A stretch of 64,000 nt of DNA from positions 59,520,001 through 59,584,000 of the forward strand of contig CM060733.1 in NCBI GenBank assembly GCA_030704615.1. Reading direction: 5' to 3'. The notes under the pieces are model-generated. The model did no database searches and had not been told where the DNA came from. It saw nothing but the letters and a program-made list of their open reading frames with translations. A program made the translations under genes and the position numbers. Source of the stretch: Takakia lepidozioides. Its lineage: Eukaryota; Plantae; Bryophyta. Of this stretch, positions 14,128 through 28,174 are shown in pieces. The first letter of the stretch is position 1. Each line of letters starts with the position of its first letter.

Positions 14128-14746
14128 CAATTGGGACCTTTCCTATTTGACAAGTGTCTGGGATGGGCAGTATCATTTGAAATGCAGCATGAGCAGATCT
14201 TGGGTTCTTTTTTTTCTTTTTTCTCTTTTTTTAAAAAATAAAAGGGGAGGAAGCCTGTAGTTCATATTAAAAAGGTGTCCTGGAAAAAATAACCAGGACA
14301 GGAGGCCATGAGGCTTACATCTTTGGAAAGATCGGGTACAACCCAGATCAGCCATCCAGGCAGAGCTTAAAAATCCTACCTCGCTACCTCATCCTTACTC
14401 AGAAGTGTGATGCTACTATCTCAGAGTATATCTAAGGACATAACCAGAAGGTATTAAGGACCAAATCTGATGATACTTGTCAATCTGATTTTCAAGTGTG
14501 CACGAGTCTTTGAGGCACGATTCTTCCTATGCTGCCAGTTGATGTCCCTTCAGCAGGTGAGGCCCAGTGATTGGGAGAGTCACCAGTTGATTGGAGGTCG
14601 GGATGCCCAGCATGCTCGTTGGCCTTGTCTCTGACAAAGTAGTCCAAGGTGCCCCATTCGGAGTCAAATTTTGAGAGAAGGGCAGCTTTCAGCTCCTGGG
14701 AGCATCTGCATACTTTGCTTAAGCCTGGGTTCTCAAAGGTATATAC

Positions 14747-16044
14747 CAGTGTTGGGCGGGTACTACATTTTTTAATACTAGCCGGGTCCTGGTATTGATT
14801 TTTTTTTTTTCAATACCAGCCGGTTCCATAGTATTGGAATATTCACTTAATTCTAATATCCGCCGGTTCTTGATAGTAGTATGTTTGTTAATTTGTGAAC
14901 TGGTATCAATAGGACGGATATTCCAATCGTAATACCAGCCGGTTATAAACCCGGATATAAATAATTAAAATTAAAATAACCACCAAATCATTAATATGCC
15001 TTTAATTTAGAAGCATACTTGATTCAGAAAGTAAATATTCTGTTGCAAAATTCAGACTTTGCATTACATAATAATATTGCGGATTTTAGTATGTAAAGTG
15101 AAGCGAGCTTTGTTAAAAGAAAACTGATTGCAATCCTCATTGTCAAACATGCCATCAATCGTATTGTCTTCCGACAAAAAGAAATCCTTGATCCCTTGCT
15201 CAACCACCTTGCAATCCGTCCGCACGTCATCCGGCCCATTATTTTAAATTAGCACTAATTTGTCGAGGCTGTCAATGTCAAGTTGACATTGCCCTACCGA
15301 CATGTGCTAAAAAATGAAAAATAGTCATGGGCCCTTGGGGCTGGACATGCCCTGACCCCAGCCCAACTTCATATGTATACCATGTGTTTAGTCCTTATTT
15401 TTGCCCATAATATGGGTGTTGCACGGGTATTTTTTTTAAACTAAATTTAAAGAAAGGGAAACACTTGGGAGCGACAGCTCACCAATCAGGCCCCTTGATA
15501 GTGAGAGGAGAAAATAACCTCTTTCACAGTAACCGCGCCATAGAGGCTGAGAAATGGGACACCGCCCAGGCCAGAATCATCTCTGGTATTGGAATTGTCA
15601 ATACCAGGCGGTTCGGTTATTAACCCGTACGTTGCTGTCAGATTCGACAGCACAGTGCCAAAATAATTATTTTTGAAGGCTCAATCCATTCAGCACCTCA
15701 TATTTATACTCCGAGGCTTCGGCAGTTTAGGATTGAAATTTTTCGCATTTTATGCATTTGAGCAATGTCCAGAGTAGTATATAGCACAAGTATGTGTTAT
15801 GTCCTTTAGTAGATTTTTTTGAGATTTTCCAAATTTTCTTATTTTTGGACAAGCTGAGTATGCAGTATTTCTGGATTTTTAGACATATCACTTGAGTTAA
15901 TCCAAAAGTTTCAACAACCCAACCCATAATTAATGTGTCAAATCTGACAGCAAGGTGGGGTTTTACACCAGCCAATACTGGCGGGGTTGGTTATTTAATA
16001 CCCTGATTGATACCTGGCCAGGCCCTATATCCAGTCCCACACTG
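14747..16044. mobile_element. Non-autonomous hAT-like DNA transposon
   Basis: Termini CAGTGTTGGG / CCCACACTG, 8-bp flanks GTATATAC vs GTATATCT, repeated subterminal motif AATACCAGCCGGTT. No transposase ORF. Confidence 0.6.
15453..15570 (-). mobile_element. 5'-truncated copy of the SINE
   Basis: Reverse complement of ~13990-14108 with an A-rich tail. Confidence 0.8.
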
Positions 16045-16967
16045 GTATATCTACAGAATCCACGTTTTGGCTGAGGACAATGAAGTTAATGATCAATACA
16101 TGGCAAACACAAAATGAATTTGATATACAAGTGCACTTGACAAACTTTTATCAAGACCATGACTGTAGGAATTGAGACTCGCTCAGTACCCCCGGTGCTC
16201 ATTTGTCGCAGCTGCCAGTCACAATCTCACTGAAAGCATGCAGACAAATTTCTTGGAATTGAGATGCTGTATGGATTCCGCAAAAGCTCCTGGAGTTACC
16301 TAGCCGTTCGTGTCATTTGAGGAGAATTATGGAACTCAAGTACATACCGACAATAATAAAACTAAAACCTTGTGAGGTTGTCATCTGCCTAAAACAAAAG
16401 CGACTCAATAACAGAGTAAAGTCATTATTTGCTGCCACTGCCTACATAGCAGAACAAAGTGCATACTTACTGACAAGTGCAAAAGAGGGGGACACAGAGA
16501 AGTAGGCATGGTAATTGATACAATCCTGTCAACTTCTAATTGTAAGAACTGTGCCCTACTAAAGACAAACACTGTGGAGTGCCCCTCACATTCGATCATC
16601 CAGACAGATACACATCCTATCTACACTTGCATCTCACGTGTCAGAATGTCTGCCTACTGTGCTTGCAACCCTGACACCTGACCTTAAGCAACGAGCCCAT
16701 TCCAGTCATTCTATGTACGTGAGTCAAGATGCCACAGAACCTATTCTTGTAGCTTCCGAGAAGCTTCAGCCTTTGCCGGTTCCCTTCTTTTGGCCAATAA
16801 AATCAGATTAGCTGTGATGAAAACATGTACTACACATGATGTCACATACCAGCGAGCATCTGTAAGTAGCCCACCTCTCACACACCATCCGCTCAAACAG
16901 TTTTGCCAAAAGAGACATCAATTTAAGAAATGAAGGTTTTTGCTCCCCTTGGATCGTAGCAGATGAG

Positions 16968-19900
16968 TTACCTACCTTGCTGATTGGGGGATGGAGGTGG
17001 CGGAGGCCGGCCACCTGGACCACCCATCATACCCTGTGGAGGTGGCGGAAATCCTGCAGGACCTCGAGGTGGTGGCGGCATCCCTTGCATTTGTTGTTGA
17101 GATTGATTCATGGGCATACCTTGCTGCATTTGAGGAGGCCGCATGCCACCTTGAGGGGGACCCCTGCCCCAGGAAGGAGGCGGCCCCATGCCCATGGGTG
17201 GAGGTGGCCCATGAAAACCATGAGGGGGAGGAGGTGGGGGCATATTGGGAGATGGGCGCGAACTAGGTGGGGCAGGTCGAAATTGGGGAGGCGGTAGACC
17301 CTGGGAAGGTGGCATGCCTTGTGGCGGCAAATGCTGCATTTGATTTGCCCATGGTGGTGGTGGACCTTGGCCATGTTGCATCTGAGGTGGTGGTCCTTGA
17401 TTTTGCTGCATAGGAGGGGGACCCCCATAACCTTGCGGTGGTGGCGGCTGAGATGGCATCATTTGGCCATGTTGTGACGGGGGCGGGGGTAGATGGGGGG
17501 GCCCATTGCTGAAAGGAGGTGGGGGATGCATGCCATTGAGGGAAGGGGGGGGCATGCCCATGTTGCCATTGGCTTGTGCAGGTATGGGAGGAGGACCAGC
17601 ACCAACTGTTGGGGGCCCAACCAGCGATGGAGGCCCACTTGCAAACAAAGTATGAGGCCGATTCTTCTGCGTATTGGGATTGCTGGATGCCAGCATACGC
17701 TCTGCATCCAGCCCATCAACCAGCATTCCCGAGTCCAAAGTCAGTCGAGACATAAAACCTCACAATATCACCATAAACACCCCCCTCCTACGCCTACTGG
17801 AGAAAAACAACTGTTCTGAAGACTCTGATATCAGAGAGCTGGTGATGAAATAATAGGTTCGTCCAAAATTCCCTCCTTACAAGAGACACAAAAGCAGACC
17901 TATGCGACAGGAAAGATGAGCATAGGAATACCTGCATTGGTGCCATGGCGTTCGCCTTTGGTGTCTTTCTTGTATGCGTATGACACTGTGATTGCCCTAT
18001 TACACAAGTACTGCCCATTCATGGCCTGCAAGCACCCCAAACGAACACGCCCAATCCTCAAAATTGTGCTTTCTTCTACCCTTGCTTACCTACTGAGAGG
18101 GTAGCTATGTGTTCACTACAAATCTACGCAAGGAATCACAAATAAAAAATAAGTTACCTCAATGGCTGAATCGGAAGCTTCAAATGAGTCATAGCTGATA
18201 AATCCGAAGCCTCGTGAGTTGCCTGAGTCTGGATCCCTCATAATCTACACCACCTCAACCATGCATCCATCCATCAAGTACACACCAATAGGGCACAACA
18301 TGTAGGTCATTCTGTGAGCAGGGGTTTATTCATCACAGCACTTCCAACTCTCTACGTGTTTACAAATTGTGCAACATACCAGCATATTGAAACCACCAAA
18401 TTTTATCCAGAGCTTGCCCAGAATGGTCACAAGAGAGAGTACCTTGGGATTGGTGACAATGACACCAAATGCACTAAATGTGTCATACAGCAGCTTCTCG
18501 TCCACATCCTGCCTCACCTCCCAGATTCCAAACTTAATTTGAACGAATGAATGGCATTAAGAAGATCAATTTCAAAAATTCATGATGAAGAGTTTGACAT
18601 CCACTAGTGACACTGCCACACCACAACCCTACCCATCAGAAACCCAATCACAGAGGGCATGGTAGCACATACAGGGTCCAAGTTGCCAACAAACAAGTTG
18701 GCACCCACATCCAAGCTCTTCTTGTCTTGTGAAGCCTGCATCATAGTCATGTTGACAGTGAGCACAACCACTGACTAGGGTGGCAGAATGATTTAATTGA
18801 TCTAAGTGTGTGTCTGATCACATTGTATTGACAGAGCTTGCATACAAGCAGGAACCATTAACCTTGACATAAGGTCCTACCAAAGACCGCCATGGCTACC
18901 TTGTTCACACGGATTGGCTTGCCATACAGCTTGATCATGTTCAATATCTTGATGGCCTGCACCAACCAGCAACCCACTATCAAATAAGTCCCTTGTTTGG
19001 TGCTCTCTGATTTCAAATCACTTTGCACCTACATGAGATTCTAAGGATGGTCGGTTCCTCCATCTTCAAAGTAAATTCATGGGTGTGTTAAGGACATGCT
19101 CACATAATCCGCATCATCCTCACTACGAAACTCCACGAAGCCATAGCCCTGGTGAAGATTGGTGACTCTATCTTTTGGCACATACACGTTCACTGCACCC
19201 AGCATGCCCAAAGAGAAGTTCGTCACAACCTTGCAGGAACGGGAATCAGTGAAGGAATTTGAATAAGAGAGCCATGCTTAAAGCATGGGACTCACCAACA
19301 GGGCCTGCCTGCACAAACAATTCCCACAGCAGCTCCTCCGACACCTGTTGGAAAACCACAGCCCTGTCAGTGAATTCTGCAGATTGATACCCACCATCCA
19401 TTGTGTTTGTGTTAAGGACCACATTTATCATCAGCAACCCTTGCAGATAGAACTACACAGTGGCATAAAATTTTCGTCCCAACCAAAACAAATGGCTGGG
19501 TTGCGTTCCCTTCCGGAGATGTTCAGGGTTTAGGGCTTTGACTGTTATACTATACAGTTCACAGGCAGAGCTGCTTCTTCACCTTATGCTCTGCCATGCC
19601 TACCAGTCTCTGAAGACAACAATGAGATGTGGTTAAGAGGAAACTACAGGAAGTAACAATTCCTTCAAGTGATTCTTTATGCGGGCATTGAATCAGCACA
19701 TATGACACCAGGCTTCTAAAATGCATGAAAGAAAGATACTCAGTTTCCATCAGGCTCCCTTCCCACCTTGTTCTTGTTAGACAGCGGAAAGACAGGAAAA
19801 AAAAAAAAGATCCCATTTGGCGAACAGGGAACACCCCACCAACTCCAATGTAGGTTTCACGACCAGGACATGGCTGCGGACAACATTGACGCACCCAACC

Positions 19901-20276
19901 TCCAGCAACGATTTAGGCTGCCACCCCTGTATAACGCTGGCCACCGTCTCTCTACCACTGAAATAGCAGAGCTACTACCGTTGGCATTAAGCTTAACGGC
20001 TCATGGTCATAATCTTCTCCAGAATTGCTACCCTCTCCACTGAAAGCCCATTGAAACGGATGACACCCATGATCAATGCCATTTTCCATACTGGCCCAAA
20101 CCCAAACCCCAGTAAATTTACCCGAGTACATTTTGCACGAGAAAGAAAATAGAAGGGAACGAAAGCAACACCTGAGAATCAAGATTTCCAACGTAAGCAG
20201 TGGCGTCCTGGTTGCGCTCAGGTGCATGCTGGCCCAACAGATTAGCTCCCACACCGGGAGTAATCCTCGTCGTCAT
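16968..20276 (-). CDS. SF3B4: Splicing factor 3B subunit 4 (SAP49): two RRMs plus Pro-rich tail. Exons 20276-20172, 19344-19296, 19192-19104, 18956-18900, 18735-18673, 18508-18443, 18244-18158, 18025-17932, 17701-16968
   Basis: [105 protein letters not shown]. All introns GT-AG and in frame. Confidence 0.96.
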
Positions 20277-21066
20277 GCTCTCCCGCTGCCCAACCACTTG
20301 TTCCTCAGCACGGGCTGCTTCTTATGACAGTGATGGCAACCATGAGCGCCGACCTCGCCCTCCTCCTCCCTCTCTTCTCTCTCGCACCTCGCTTCCTTCA
20401 ACAAAGCTCCCAGTCCATCAGCTCCCAAACCCACCCAAGCATTAGGGTTCCCCACCACCCAAGCTTTTGTTTTTAAGAACAAATTATTTAAAATTTATCT
20501 ACCTTTGTTCCTAATGCCCACTCTGAACTCCCAAAATCCGATGTGTAAAATTCACAACAAATGAAGGGCTGATTAGTAGTTAGCATTATAGGGGTCCTTG
20601 GAAAGCTTGGGTTCAGGGCTACATTTTATCTTCAAACCTCACCTTCGTCGGAGTACACTACAAAACGTTACGAGATCTAGAAAAAGCCACAGGCAAGGTT
20701 GTTTTTTGAGCCTGTCACAAGGCATTTGAAAGCCAAAAAAAGCCAAAAAAAAACCTACCTGTCAAAAGAAAGGCAAAGGAAAAAATAGCCTGTCACAGTG
20801 AAAGGCAAAAAACAAATAGCCTGTCAAAAGAAAGGCAGAGATTACTGATAGTTATTAGCAATTTTATTAATAAGTTCACCTAGGACAGGTTAAAAAAGGT
20901 ACAAATTATTAGTAGTTATTATTAATCTTACTAGTAAGTCCACCTAGGGGAGCCTCACCGAGGCCAGCTGCCCTTCTTTGTGTTTCAAGCCTTAAACCTC
21001 TAGGCTCTCCCTATTTGTTTCCTATGTGTGCTCCAGCCTCCATTTTTTTTAATTTAAAATAATAAT

Positions 21067-21132
21067 GGAAAACACCTGGGAGCGACAGCTCACAAATCAG
21101 GCCCATTCATAGTGAGAGGAGAAAATAACCTC
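21067..21132 (-). mobile_element. Short 3' fragment of the SINE
   Basis: Matches the SINE 3' end (GGTTATTTTCTC...CTCCCAGGTG) in reverse, with an A/T-rich tail. Confidence 0.7.
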
Positions 21133-21772
21133 CCCTTCTTTTTTCTCTTCGACAAGAATGTTGAGGAAACGGATATTTGGCTAGAATCCATTTTGGATAA
21201 TGTGGGCATGCACTTGCTTTCCCGATACACCTCTGTAAAATGCACAAGTAAGTACCGGAGTTTGGCGGCCAAAATGAATTGTTGGTTCAAAACGTGCAAT
21301 GCCTATTTGATTTGTTCTGCCTTACACGGTGTACCCACAGCCACAGTAGTGCCAAAAAAAATCTTCTTGAGTCCCTCTCCTCCTGATCCTATTTAGAAAG
21401 CATTTGTTGTCGAGGAGGTGCTATATTCAAACAACTGCGCCTGATTCGACACGGCCATCCTGCATGACTCAAAATCTTTACTTACAAATTTACAATCAAC
21501 TGGCATATTGTATCTCCTAACTCATTGACAAGCCAAGAAAAGATCTCTCAAAGAGGAGAGGCTTGGGGCTATGTATGAAGAGGTTAAAAATGCTAAAGTT
21601 AGAGAGTAAGTGGTGCTAATGCTAGATGTTTGGGTTGGAACCCATGAATATAGTAAAGACAATACCATATGTATTCACGGACTGGAGCTTCACTAATTGT
21701 AGTTGTAAGAAGTTCACAATTATTTTCATTTTTTCTCTTAATTTTATATGATTTTATTGTTGGCTCTTATTG

Positions 21773-22250
21773 CAGGATCCTCGCTCCTTTCAGCAGTGAT
21801 GTGTGGTCTCCTCTTGAAGGCAGGTTCACACGGCAAAAATCCGTCCGTCCCATCCGGACGTGGCGGCTGCAGGGGGTGTGGCGGGCCGGGGTCCACCCTT
21901 GAGGAACGCGACGGCGAGGAAGGAATGGACGGCCTGGCCACTGTAGGTACTTCCCGTTGTCCGTTGCTGTCCGTCCTATCCCTCATTCCTTCTCCCTGGC
22001 TATCATGGCTAAAACATGTGTGTAGGGTTTAGCCAGAGGGCTCTTTATGAGAGCTTCTCTTGCTAAACTTATATGTTGCGTCACGTGTGTATTATTGCGT
22101 GTGAACATGTTGTACCGTCAGTCCCGTCCGTCCAACTCTATACGTGTGGAGGGCCCACCACTATGGCTAGATGGGACGGACGGATTTTTGCCATGTGAAC
22201 TTGCCTTCAAGAGGAGACCACGCGTCACTGCTGAAGGAGCGAGGATCCTG
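21773..22250. mobile_element. MITE/foldback element with ~80-bp TIRs
   Basis: 21773-21853 is the near-perfect reverse complement of 22170-22250 (CAGGATCCTCGCTCCTT...CCGTCCGTCCCATC). No clear TSD. Confidence 0.7.
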
Positions 22251-22448
22251 ATGGACCAAAAAGGTCTGGGGATGAGAGGATGGGCGACCGTAGTCGGCCA
22301 TACCCCATGCAGTTCAATGATGCATAAATGCAGAAAATTAAGTAACATTGTGTTGTACCCCTACGAAGAAGGATCAAAATTTGTAACTGCCTACCTAGTG
22401 AGGACTTTAAAGAGCATTCTGGAGAGCGTGGGAAGAGAGACGATGTGA

Positions 22449-25047
22449 TCAGTGATCGAAGTTGAGCTTCAGCGAACTCTTGCCCTTGATGTGTCTCCAG
22501 TTGATGTCGCGGTTGAAGTCTGGCAATTCAGGGCAGTGGCGAGTTGCAATTTCTCCATTCTTGAGGGATGGAACTCCAAATGTAGGTTGTTGGCGAAGGG
22601 CTTGTGCATACGATTCCATGCATTGCCCATGAGGTGATGAAGTCGTGGTGGAGCTGATATTGAGCTTGCGGATGTTTACTGATGTCTGCAGAAAGTTTGG
22701 CCCAGGCCTTCCGTGCTTCAGTTTGGATGTCAAAGAAGATCATAGCTAGAATGAATGAGACAGTGGATTTAGTATTTCCCAGGGTCCATGCGCATCTGGC
22801 TCTCCAAATGTGCCAGAGCCCGACAGCCCTGATCGTGTCAAAAACTGGGCATTTGGGATAAAGGTTGCTTGGTGATGGGATCGTAATTCAGTAGCAGGTT
22901 GATTGGAGTTAAAGAGGCTTGGTCATGCTTGTGTCCGAGCATCCAGTGAATTATGGGCCAGATTTTTGAAGGTCTGTTGCATTGCAGTAGGCAGTGTTCC
23001 AGAGATTCTGAAACCCCCAACGAGCATCATGTGCAGAGCAGTGCACGGGTGAATTGAAGCCAGCGCCCTACCTTTAAAATTCTATTTGCGATCTGCCAGA
23101 GAAAGGCAGCCAGCTTTGCAGGTCTGGTTTTGACCCATATGCCTTTCCAGATTATTTGCCATCGCTCATTTTGAAATCCATAGGCTCTCCATTTGTTGTC
23201 CCATTTGGAGAAGGGTATGGAGCTAGTGTTGAGGCACTTGTACCCTTTTTTGGCAGTGTATTGAAAAAAGGATGGTTTTCCATCAAGATCCCATGTCCAT
23301 TCTTGAGGGTCCAACTGAAGTTGCATGATAGGTTTGCCCCCAATCCATACAAGTGTATTTGCCTTAATCCAAGCGATCAAGGCTGACCCGGGAGGCTTAG
23401 CGGGGTTCATGAGCTTTTCACTGGTTGACCATTGGCATACTCTGACAGGGGAGAAGTTCCCCCCTTTGATGTTGACCGGGTGTGCTTGAATGAGGTGCAG
23501 GATGTTTGATTGAGGGCAGCAGCGCATAGCGAGGCCAGTGATTTGAATGCTGCTGAAATTTGTCACGTAAATGACCTGATTAGGTCTGGCTGAGCATGTA
23601 ATCCAAGTGTCGGGCAATGGAGGCAACGGCCCCTGCTGGAGGATGCATATCCAAGATGTAGGGATGGTCTGGATGATGCTGGCATAACCTGCATTTCCTC
23701 TGGCTGCTCCTACAATCTGGTTTATGTGCCCCTGGCACCATAGTGCTGAGCCCGACCAGATATTTCCGATCTGTGCATCCCAGGCAGACCACCTCTTCGC
23801 AGATCCACGGTCAATCAGGTTGTGAGTGTTGGAGTTAAGGAAAAGATGTTGATGAATGACTTCCTCGTAAGGTGAGGGCTCTCCTTTGATGAGGTATGGC
23901 CTCAACCTGCCCCATGCTTTCCATATTGCTTTCCATAGCAGAGAGCCAAGTTGTTTATGCTTGAAACCATTAACAATCCAACGAACTGAGCTTGACCACT
24001 GGGCATTTTTCAGGGGGGGATCTTTGAAGGATATGCCTCAGAACCAGTGGTTTCCACCAGGAAGAATGGGGTCCCAATAGTCTCAAGATCCATTTTCCAA
24101 GTAAGGCGTCTATTTGGTTGGCTGGATCCAAGATACCAAGCCCCCCTAGCTTTCTTTTGCTGCAGATTTGGGCCCAAGAAATTGCAGGTCTGACGTGCTG
24201 AGTATTGGAGCTTGCTCCCCAAACAAAATTTCTTATGATTCTCCTCATTTCTTTTAAGTAGGCTGGGGATGGGCTCCACACGGATGCAAAGTACCAAATG
24301 CTGGCCATAATAACCTGGTTGGCTATCAGTGCCTTTCCAGTGAGAGAGAGGTGTCTGGATCCCCAGAAAACAAGTTTGCGTTTCAGCTTGTCTATGATTG
24401 GTCCTATTCTTTGCTCTTCCGAAAGGTTAACACCAAAGACAGTAAGGCTTGGTGCCATATTGGCAACACATGGCCGGAGTTTGCATCAGATCCATGAAAT
24501 CTGCGTCTTGGAAAACCTAGTAGCTTGGTACTTTCCTTGATTTTGAGCCATTTGAGCCCTAGCTCTTGGCCCCAAATGGGGTTATCTCCAATTTCTGACT
24601 TGGATCTATTCCCAACCAGCACAACAACCATTTTTCCTCAGTTTACATTGAAGCCGGATGCGAGGCAGAAGGTGTCCAAGGTGGAGATTGCTTTTTCCAG
24701 GTTGCGGGGGCTAGTGTTGAGGTCAAGCACAATATCATCCACGAACATTGATGATTTGATATTCAGCTGGTTAGGATGTTGGCTAGGGATTGTAAGGCCC
24801 CTGATTTCTGCATTGCATACCAGGAGATGACCAAGGGAATCAGCCACTGTAAGAAATAGGATGGGTGTCAGTGGGCTGCCCTGTCTAACCGAGCGCTACA
24901 GCTGAAAGGGTGAGGATAAGAAGCCATTGACCATCACTCTACTGGGAAGCATTCTGGAGCAAGATTGAGACCCATTTGCAGAAGTCAGGGGATAGCCCTA
25001 CTTTCAGCATTGAAGACATTAGGAGGGGCCATTCTACTTTATCAAAT
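22449..25047 (-). mobile_element. 5'-truncated, degenerate L1-clade LINE ORF2 (RT to C-terminal zinc finger)
   Basis: RQGSPLTPILF, MFVDDI (RT motif), ASGFNVN, LSLTGKALIANQV, KRKLGGLGI, ESLEHCLLQC. Stops and frameshifts are present. Confidence 0.9.
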
Positions 25048-25473
25048 AAGCATTAGTTTCATAAAAACCATCAGTGGAACAAATGTTATGATATATAGAC
25101 TCTAATATTGAATGATGCTTAATAATTGGCATGGACTTGATGTTCTCGGATCGCTTTTGCCGAACATAAGCATTAGTTTCATGAAAAAAAAAATTAGTGG
25201 AACAAAAATTATTCTAGCGACGAAGCTAGTTTAGCATAGAGCAGGAATAGGGTGCCATAGTGCCACATCATCATAACTAGGTCATTGTAGACATGTCATC
25301 ATAGCCACGTCATCGTCGTCGTCAATTTCCTTAGAACTTGCCCGAAATGCCCAAAAAGCAGCGCGGGAAAGGGATGAACGATGCCCCCGCATCCTTGAGC
25401 GCGGAGGTGTTTCACACAGCGATCTCGGAGGGAGATCCTACATGGTGGATGTTGCACAACCTTTTCCATCTTG

Positions 25474-25613
25474 CAAATGTGGGCTCTTGGCTCGTTGTGG
25501 ACATGTATGCCAAATGCGGGAGCATGAAGGATGCATCTCAAGTGTTTGACCTCATGGCTAAACGAAATGTTTTATCATGGAGTGCAATGATTGCAGGATA
25601 TGCTCAGCATGGG
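25474..25613 (+). pseudogene. PLS-class PPR repeat fragment; the insertion target of Gypsy copy 2
   Basis: NVGSWLVVDMYAKCGSMKDASQVFDLMAKRNVLSWSAMIAGYAQHG is cut at the TGGG TSD. The host sequence resumes at 63996. Confidence 0.8.
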
Positions 25614-26388
25614 TGTCGTGCACCTAAGCATCGTGCCACAACATACATCACTGTCCAACCACACTTCCTAGCATATAGTCCTAGAAAGCCACGCCACAAT
25701 GATACGGAAATGGTGAAAAGAGGAGAAACCACTCTATCACATTATATAAGTCAAGCTAATGGCACCTTTGCTAAAGGACTCCACCATACAAACCTCACCC
25801 ACTCTCAATCTCAAGAACTAGAGCTATGGCGGCGAGAGAGGCCTCGGGAGGCTCGACTAGAAGAAGACGAGCCTGCCTACGTCTCACGTGGAGATAACCT
25901 CTCCACGTCCCAAATGAGGTTCGCCACCTCACTTGGCACATGGAACCAAATGAAGTCCCAATGCCAACAAAATACAAATATAAATGTATAATGTCCTAAT
26001 TAGCTAAAAATAACTATTTCTAACTAATCACAAACAAAACCATGACAGCTGTTGTGCACCTAAGCATCGTGCCACAACATACATCGTTGTCCAACCACAC
26101 TTCCTAGCATATAATCCTAGAAAGCCACGCCACAATCGCCCCCCTAGCTGGTGATTAGGTCCCTCTAACACCGGATAGCTTGCAAGTATCCACCCCAATA
26201 AGATCATCGTTTGGTCTTCGCACAAGTCCCAACACCTGAAGTCGATAGATCAAGAGGCCGGGTACAAACGTAGCCCATCGTTAGTCGCCTTCATGCAACC
26301 TATGATCTTCAGTTGAGTATCCATGGCATTGAAGCCCCACTAGCTAGACCTTGGATAACTTGTCCGCCTCACCATTGTTATGCCCACT

Positions 26389-28174
26389 ACCTCTGTCCAA
26401 GGCATTGTGGACACAACCATTCTCCGATAGGAACCTCCTCAAGTGGCAGTGTCAAGCATCCCGTGTGCCACCCCCTTGAGCATTTGTCACACACCAACAT
26501 GGTTGCGGCGCCACCAGCATGCCCACAACCCTGCAGGTACCACTGCAAGGTTGGGATCTATCCTCCCATCCACATGTGGAAGGTGACATGTCGCACAATT
26601 GCGCACATGGTCCTTCCATATCATGCCATCTCGACCCTCCAGAATCAACACTCCTAAAGGCAACACCTCCCTGACCCTTAGAATCACACGTCCTGCTGTG
26701 ACATCCAAGGTCGTAGGCGCTGTCTGTTGCAGATACACATAGTCCCCAAGGTGGAAACGCCGAACACTTGGCCGATATCCCCCTCCACGTATAGTGGCGT
26801 ACCTCAATGTGTCTCGGTGTTGGACAATAGCAAGGTTCTCAAAAGCCATAGGCATGACTCTCTTGAACAACTCTGCTCGCTGGGCACATGCTTGTGTCCA
26901 CACATCCGGATCATCAAGGTTGAGAACTATTGCAGCCTCCCTACGAATAGACGCAGACAAATCCGGCTCTCGGCCGAAGAAAAGAAAGTAAGGTGAGAAT
27001 AAGGCAAGTGAAGCTCGTTTGCTGAACCTATAGCCCATAGCTAGCCAAGGCAGCTGAAGGTCCCAATCTCCTAGGTGTCCCTTCTGCAAACCATACTTGC
27101 GCAAACCTCTCTTGACTGTCTGAACAACTCTCTCCACCAAGCCATCGGCCTCGGGATGATCCCGAGAAGTAGTGCGGTGATCTATCAAGGCTTGCTCACA
27201 CAAAGCTTGAAACTCCCCTAAGAACTCTCTCCCCTGGTCCGTGAGTACCTCGGCTGGAGCACCAAAATGGCTAAGCACTCGATCTAAGAATGCATACGCA
27301 GCCCCCTCACTTGCCTTATCAGGCAATGCCACCAGTTCAATCCATTTGGAGAAGTGTTCCACCATCACCAGCACATACTTGTTGTAGCGAATCGTCAATG
27401 GCGATGGGCCTGCAAAGTCAAGACTCCTACGATAGCCCAAACCCATAATGGGTAAAAGATGCAATTGTGGAGTAGGGGCGTTGAAAAAAACCCGCACTCT
27501 ATCACACACCATGCACCTTGCCACTAACTGTTGCACATCCGTGTGCATGCCCCGCCATCAATACTGCCCTTGCAGCAAACTATGAGTGCGCTGCACCCCA
27601 AAATGTCCCAACTCCTTATGGGCATGGCGTACCAATCGCGCTCGTTGTGTTGGATGAGGCACAATCCTCACTCGTCCATCCTCCCATACCCGGAGTAGGT
27701 GAGTCCCCTCCCACTTGAACCTCTTGGCTCGTTGTAGGACCCTCCATTGCTCAGCCATGCACAAGCCAATGACCCATGTCAAGCAATTTAGATCCATTGC
27801 TTGACCCAACACTTGGCGGCGTGATGCCTCTGACAAAGCTGGCACATCTGGCCTCTCGCTCATCCGCATTGGGCTCTACCAATTGCTGTAGCACACTTTC
27901 CCAAATCAACCCAGGACCATTGTCTCGGAAAGCATGAGACGAGGAAAAGCTCATGAGCGTAGGCAAGACCGCACGTGGCTGCCCCACTCGATTGACCACT
28001 GCTAGAGGTGGACGATCATCATGTCGTACTCTCTGTGGTTGCCTCCCTTGGTCCAAAATGCCTTCAACCGTGAGATTGGGTGGCCGTTGAATGGAATCAT
28101 ATGCTCTCTTGAGCAGCTCTGGTGGTGCAAGATTGGTCCACCACAATCGAGGTCGATGCGCGCGTGATCCCACC
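26389..28174 (-). pseudogene. Copy 2: C-terminal half of DNMT fused to integrase-PHD
   Basis: GSRAHRPRLWWTN...RRQVLGQAMDLNC runs into RVLQRAKRF...HAHKELGHFG, then LDFAGP / TDQG / EADGLVER and a PHD remnant. Confidence 0.9.

Noticed and set aside
16968-17753. Separate Pro-rich/extensin-like gene
   Set aside because: It is the last exon of SF3B4 (acceptor at 17701).
25338-25991. 217-aa ORF as a gene
   Set aside because: It is a chimera of a PPR fragment reading into retroelement terminal repeats.
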